A stretch of DNA of 64,000 bases. Source: Gemmatimonadales bacterium (GTDB taxonomy: Bacteria; Gemmatimonadota; Gemmatimonadetes; Gemmatimonadales; GWC2-71-9). Under the pieces are notes generated by a model, which did not search any database, was not told where the DNA came from, and saw nothing but the letters and a program-made list of their open reading frames with translations. Location: NCBI GenBank assembly GCA_965249575.1, contig OZ252244.1, positions 1,888,001 to 1,952,000 of the forward strand. The letters are read 5' to 3'. This document shows, piece after piece, positions 59,908 to 64,000 of this stretch; position 1 is the stretch's first letter; the number at the start of each line of letters is the position of its first letter. The position numbers and the translations under genes are program-made.

Positions 59908-60783
59908 AGTCGTCGCCGGTCGCCGGTTCACCATGGCGATGCTGATTCCGACGAGGGCTAGACCCACGAAGACACGTAGTCCCAGTGTCTCGCCCAGTGC
60001 CAACGCTCCGAGGAACACGTCTACGACCGTCTCGAAGATCACCCCCATGCTGACGAACGTCGCGTCGAGGCGTTTGAGGACCCAGAAGAGTCCGAGATAG
60101 CACCCGACGGTGACCACCAGTGCGAGATAAACGACGCTGAGCGCGGCCGTCGGGGTGACGCGCACGTCCATACCATACTCGAGAGCGAGTGCCAGGATCG
60201 AGAGAAACGCCGCGCCTGACGATACCTGGAGGGCTGTGAGCCAAATAGTCGAGGTATTGCGGCCGTGGCGCCTAACCATCACCGCGCCGAACGAGGCCGA
60301 AAGGGCGGCGATGAGAACCGCGGCAACCGGTGCTACTGCCGGCGCCCCGACCGCGCCGCTGGATCCTACGACCGTGACGACTGCAGCCACGGCCAGCAAA
60401 GTCCCGCCCAGCTTCGTCGCGGTCAACGGCTCTTCCTTTAAGAGGAAATGCGCCACGATCGCCGTGGAGACCGGAAACGTCGCAAACAGCATCGCGGTGA
60501 GGCCAGAAGTGATGGTCTGTTGCGCCCAAAAGATCAGCGCGTAGGGCACCCCGAGCTGCGGGACGCCGACCATGAGCCAGAAACGCACCTCTCTCCAATG
60601 GGGCCTACGATTCGCCTGGAACCAGCGCGCCGCCAACAGGAGAACGCCGGCGGCGAGAACCGTGCGAGCGGCTGCAAATGTGAGGGGCGGGAGGTCTCGC
60701 AGCCCCACCCGGATGACGGCCCACGTCGTACCCCAGACGAGACCGATAGTGAGCCATACGATGTAAGGGAGAGCGCGAGACAA
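59893..60783 (-). CDS. EamA/DMT family transporter
   Basis: WGTTW, PPL..AAAR, ITSGL.A, about 10 TM. Confidence 0.92.
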   Translation of the reverse strand: MSRALPYIVWLTIGLVWGTTWAVIRVGLRDLPPLTFAAARTVLAAGVLLLAARWFQANRRPHWREVRFWLMVGVPQLGVPYALIFWAQQTITSGLTAMLFATFPVSTAIVAHFLLKEEPLTATKLGGTLLAVAAVVTVVGSSGAVGAPAVAPVAAVLIAALSASFGAVMVRRHGRNTSTIWLTALQVSSGAAFLSILALALEYGMDVRVTPTAALSVVYLALVVTVGCYLGLFWVLKRLDATFVSMGVIFETVVDVFLGALALGETLGLRVFVGLALVGISIAMVNRRPATTGVAI

Positions 60784-60873
60784 CTATCTATCGGTTCTCG
60801 TTGAGTAACTGGTGGCCGCGAGCGAGCACGGGAATCAAAGGGGGGAGGGGCGCGTCGGCAAGGATGGAGAGCA

Positions 60874-60963
60874 GTGAGAGGTGAGAGTGAGAAGCGCTAT
60901 GCCGTAAGGGTGCCGGACAGGTGCCGGGCCCCATCGAGGGACCTCTCACCTCTCACCTCTCAC
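60874..60963. repeat. Heptamer inverted repeat (GTGAGAG)n ... (CTCTCAC)x3
   Basis: Arms 60874-60893 and 60943-60963, ~50-bp spacer. Confidence 0.85.
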
Positions 60964-60972
60964 ATTTGTATT

Positions 60973-61359
60973 TCATCGAGGGAGCTTCTTCCCCGTGACG
61001 GTTCCGTTGCCCCGGCTGCCCGAGAAGGTGCCCGCGAAGCTGCCGCCTTCGAAGGTGACCGATGTGATTATTTCCCCGCCGTCTTCGGTATCGATGGTCA
61101 TCTCCACCACGTTGCCCTCGATAGCAAACCGTGTGATCGGCACGGGACTCTCACCGTCCGCGGCCATGGTTCCTTCATAGTCACCCGGCGCTCCCGTTAT
61201 CTTCATTCGGCCCTCGATTGTGCGGTCGGGCTGAACCGCCTCGAAGTCGTACAGGCCTGCCAGGTCGAGAGCGGCTTCTCCCTCCGTGGCGCTTTGTGCC
61301 AGGGCGCTTCCGGTCGCGCCTACGCCAAGTGCAAGAATCAATGCTAGGGTGCGTGACAT
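60973..61359 (-). CDS. Secreted hypothetical beta-rich protein
   Basis: Signal peptide ending ALA-Q; RBS GGAGG upstream. Confidence 0.7.
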   Translation of the reverse strand: MSRTLALILALGVGATGSALAQSATEGEAALDLAGLYDFEAVQPDRTIEGRMKITGAPGDYEGTMAADGESPVPITRFAIEGNVVEMTIDTEDGGEIITSVTFEGGSFAGTFSGSRGNGTVTGKKLPR

Positions 61360-61441
61360 TTGGCCTCCCGGTCGAGATTGAGCTAACCACCGTACGGGTG
61401 AAGCCCCCCAAGGGTTTCGGGGCGGACGTCACGGGAGAGGC

Positions 61442-62323
61442 CTAGGGTAGCTCTTGCAGAAACTCTTCCAGCACGCGATTGAAGCGCTTGGGGTCGTCGA
61501 CAAATAGGGCGTGCCCGGCTTGCTCGAAGATCTCGACCTTCGCTTCGGGAGCCCGCTCGCGAATCTGGCGTGCGACTTCACGCGTAGCCGCAGTTCCCAC
61601 GAACAACAGTGGACGGTCCACGAGGCTCAAAGCCGGCCGCCAGTCGGCGTCGCCCAACGAAAACGTGCTCGCCATCAGCGTGTAGGCGGTGGGAGTCAGC
61701 GTGGCGAGTGACGCCCGGGTGATTCGTTCGAGGTAGTGCTCCGCCTGTGGCGTCCGATACATGCTGCGCACGAACTCCTCGGTGGAGTTCCGGCGGTCGC
61801 GAAGCAAGTCCACGAGCATTGTGTCCACGAATGCCGAGGCCCAGGCGTCGATGGACACCAGGCCGTCGACGAGCACGATGCCCGCGAGCCTATCGGTGCC
61901 ATGGTGTTCGATCAGGTGGAGGATCTCGGGCACGGCCAGGGACCACCCGACAAGCACGGCGTGGCCATCGCTCACATGCTGTAGGAGTTCTTCGATGTCC
62001 TGTACTCGTCGATCGATGAAGTTGCCCTCCGCGGTTATCTCTGACCTTCCCTGTGACCGTGGGTCGAGGGCGACGACGCGGTGGGATCGAACGAAGTGGC
62101 GGAGCTGGTGCTCCCAAATGTCGGCCGGCATCGTCCAGCCAGGTACGAAAACGAGCGCGCGGCCCGACCCACCGCTCAGGTAGTGCAGCCGAACGTCATC
62201 ACTCGTTGTGAACCAGCCGCTCGCGACCCCAGGGATGCTCCCATCTTGGGAGCGCGCCGGTTGCGCTGCGGCGAGGAGGGCTAAGAACGACACTGCGGGC
62301 CGGGCGGCTAATCTGCGTGACAT
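61442..62323 (-). CDS. Alpha/beta hydrolase (non-heme haloperoxidase-like), exported
   Basis: VFVPGW, DPRSQGRS, GWSLA, GHALF. Confidence 0.88.
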   Translation of the reverse strand: MSRRLAARPAVSFLALLAAAQPARSQDGSIPGVASGWFTTSDDVRLHYLSGGSGRALVFVPGWTMPADIWEHQLRHFVRSHRVVALDPRSQGRSEITAEGNFIDRRVQDIEELLQHVSDGHAVLVGWSLAVPEILHLIEHHGTDRLAGIVLVDGLVSIDAWASAFVDTMLVDLLRDRRNSTEEFVRSMYRTPQAEHYLERITRASLATLTPTAYTLMASTFSLGDADWRPALSLVDRPLLFVGTAATREVARQIRERAPEAKVEIFEQAGHALFVDDPKRFNRVLEEFLQELP

Positions 62324-62405
62324 GGACCTATCTCCCGGGCGTTGATGGTGGGAGCGGCCTCCTTACGCATCACCCGGAGGCGCGGGGTGTGGGGCCTCCT
62401 CACTG

Positions 62406-63812
62406 CTACCCCACCTTGATGTCCCGCCATTTGCCCTGCCGGAACCGGAGCACGCTCAGCACACAGCGCGTCGTGTGGCCAAGAAGAATCGCAATCCAGA
62501 TGTCGGCCGGGTTGAGTCCGCGCGTCGCCTGTAGCACCGCGCAGATGCCGAGTGGCACGGCGATCTGCGATACTAACGAGATGTAAAACGGGCTCTTGGT
62601 ATCCCCCGTCCCCTGAAGCCCGCCGGTATAGGCGAGGGCGACGGTAATGAACAATCCGGAGACGCTCAAGAAGGCCAATAGCTGCACGCCCAGCTCGACG
62701 ACGCTTGGATCAGTCATGCCGAAAAGCGCGAGTAGCGAGCTGGGGATCGTGAGGAACAAGAGCCCGAAGAACGCGGCGAGTGCGAGGCCGATACCGGAGG
62801 CCACCCTCACGGCTCTCACGGTCCTTTCGGGGCGTCCGGCCCCAAGGTTCTGACCGGCGACGGCAGCGGTGGCTCCCATGATCCCGACGGACGTCCAGGT
62901 GATGAGCGAGAAAAGCTCGGTGTAACCGACGGCGTAAGCTGCCTGCGCTTCTGCACTGCGTTCGAGGGATCCGACAAAGCGGAGCAGCATCACGCCCCCG
63001 ATGTTCATAGCGACCCCCTGATACCCGGTCGGCAGTCCGAACCGAAACAGCGACCGGATGATGGGCCAGTCGGGCTTCCAATTCATGCCCCGATGCCAGG
63101 TGACGACCAGCCTGCCGGAAAAAATGAGGTACACGGCGATCAGGCTCATGATCAGGCCGGCGAGCACGGTTCCGGCGGCCGCCCCAGCGGTCCCGAGAGC
63201 GGGTATTGGGCCAAGGCCGCGTATGAGGATGACGTTGAGCACCATGTTCAGGACGGTCATCGCGACGCCCAGACGGAGCGGCGTCCGAGCGTCGCCGGCA
63301 GACCGGAGGGCTCCGCCGACCATGAAGAACATCAGCATCCCGAAGCTGCCCAGGAACATGATGCGGAGGTACGGTAGCGCCTCCGCCCGGACCTCGGGTG
63401 CGGCGTTCACTATCCCGAGGAGGGAGGGTGCTGCCAGGTAGCCTACCGGCGCCATGATGCCCATCGATAGCACCACCGACGCAAGGAACGCCTGATAGAC
63501 AGCTCGGTTGACCTTGTCGGACTCGCGTGCGCCTGCGAACCGGGCCACGAGCACACCCATCCCGGTGTAGAGCGAGCTGATGAACACGATGACGACGAGG
63601 AAGATCTGCCAGGCGACGCCGATCGCAGCGTTCCCGGTGTAGCCTACGAAGTGCCCGACCATCGCGTGATCGACGATCCCCTGGAGGCCGCCGATCACGT
63701 TTTGGAGCATGGTCGGCCACGCGAGCATCCAGACCGCGCGAGCAATCGGCCCATCGACGATTGAGCGATCGAATGTCTTGGTGGGACGGGACGGCTTAGG
63801 CGGCGCGGTCAT
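62406..63812 (-). CDS. MATE family efflux transporter
   Basis: LAWP, VDHAMVG, ALRSAGDARTP, GQNLGAG, GLQGTGDT; about 12 TM. Confidence 0.93.
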   Translation of the reverse strand: MTAPPKPSRPTKTFDRSIVDGPIARAVWMLAWPTMLQNVIGGLQGIVDHAMVGHFVGYTGNAAIGVAWQIFLVVIVFISSLYTGMGVLVARFAGARESDKVNRAVYQAFLASVVLSMGIMAPVGYLAAPSLLGIVNAAPEVRAEALPYLRIMFLGSFGMLMFFMVGGALRSAGDARTPLRLGVAMTVLNMVLNVILIRGLGPIPALGTAGAAAGTVLAGLIMSLIAVYLIFSGRLVVTWHRGMNWKPDWPIIRSLFRFGLPTGYQGVAMNIGGVMLLRFVGSLERSAEAQAAYAVGYTELFSLITWTSVGIMGATAAVAGQNLGAGRPERTVRAVRVASGIGLALAAFFGLLFLTIPSSLLALFGMTDPSVVELGVQLLAFLSVSGLFITVALAYTGGLQGTGDTKSPFYISLVSQIAVPLGICAVLQATRGLNPADIWIAILLGHTTRCVLSVLRFRQGKWRDIKVG

Positions 63813-63859
63813 GGGGATGGAGGATCGCGGCGGGTCAGGGTTTGGACAAGTGGGGGATA

Positions 63860-63880
63860 GTGAGTGGTGAGAAGTGAGGA
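63860..63880. repeat. Short heptamer array (GTGAGNN)x3
   Basis: GTGAGTG GTGAGAA GTGAGGA. Confidence 0.6.
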
Positions 63881-64000
63881 CGAGTCAGCGGCCTCTACTG
63901 CGGTTCCCAGCTATTCGATGCGAACACGGGGGACTTACCTCCAGCGGGACCGCGGTTATTGTAAAATGGGTGCCGGTAGACGCCGGCTTCGTGAGAAGAC

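Noticed and set aside
63884..64000. Possible 3' end of a minus-strand gene at the window edge
   Set aside because: Two frames are open and neither has a recognisable motif.

Overview
GC-rich bacterial chromosomal window containing the replication origin (rpmH-rnpA-yidD-yidC-mnmE divergent from dnaA-oriC-dnaN). The GWxTD protein, the 'ERYRIERELGxGGMATVYLA' kinase type and the gene order suggest a Gemmatimonadota genome; this is inference. The window also holds a SufR-led suf operon, polA, pyrE, rnpB, a long coupled operon (holA-SPOR-mutS-tonB-cbs-queD-ddl-rhomboid-macro), an ECF sigma/anti-sigma pair, a TonB-dependent receptor, tRNA-Phe and a decaying accessory region after the tRNA. The most unusual item is the heme cluster: hemD, a coproheme decarboxylase (ChdC/HemQ) fused to a Rieske [2Fe-2S] ferredoxin, hemE, a 37-aa coupled peptide where ferrochelatase usually sits, and an internally shortened HemY. 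A G/C-rich heptamer inverted repeat precedes it. Other notable structure: a GNAT gene inserted between 119-bp duplications of a gene junction, a 67-bp inverted copy of yidC next to tRNA-Phe, intergenic heptamer repeat elements, an rnpA without a conventional start, and several frameshifts that may be assembly errors.
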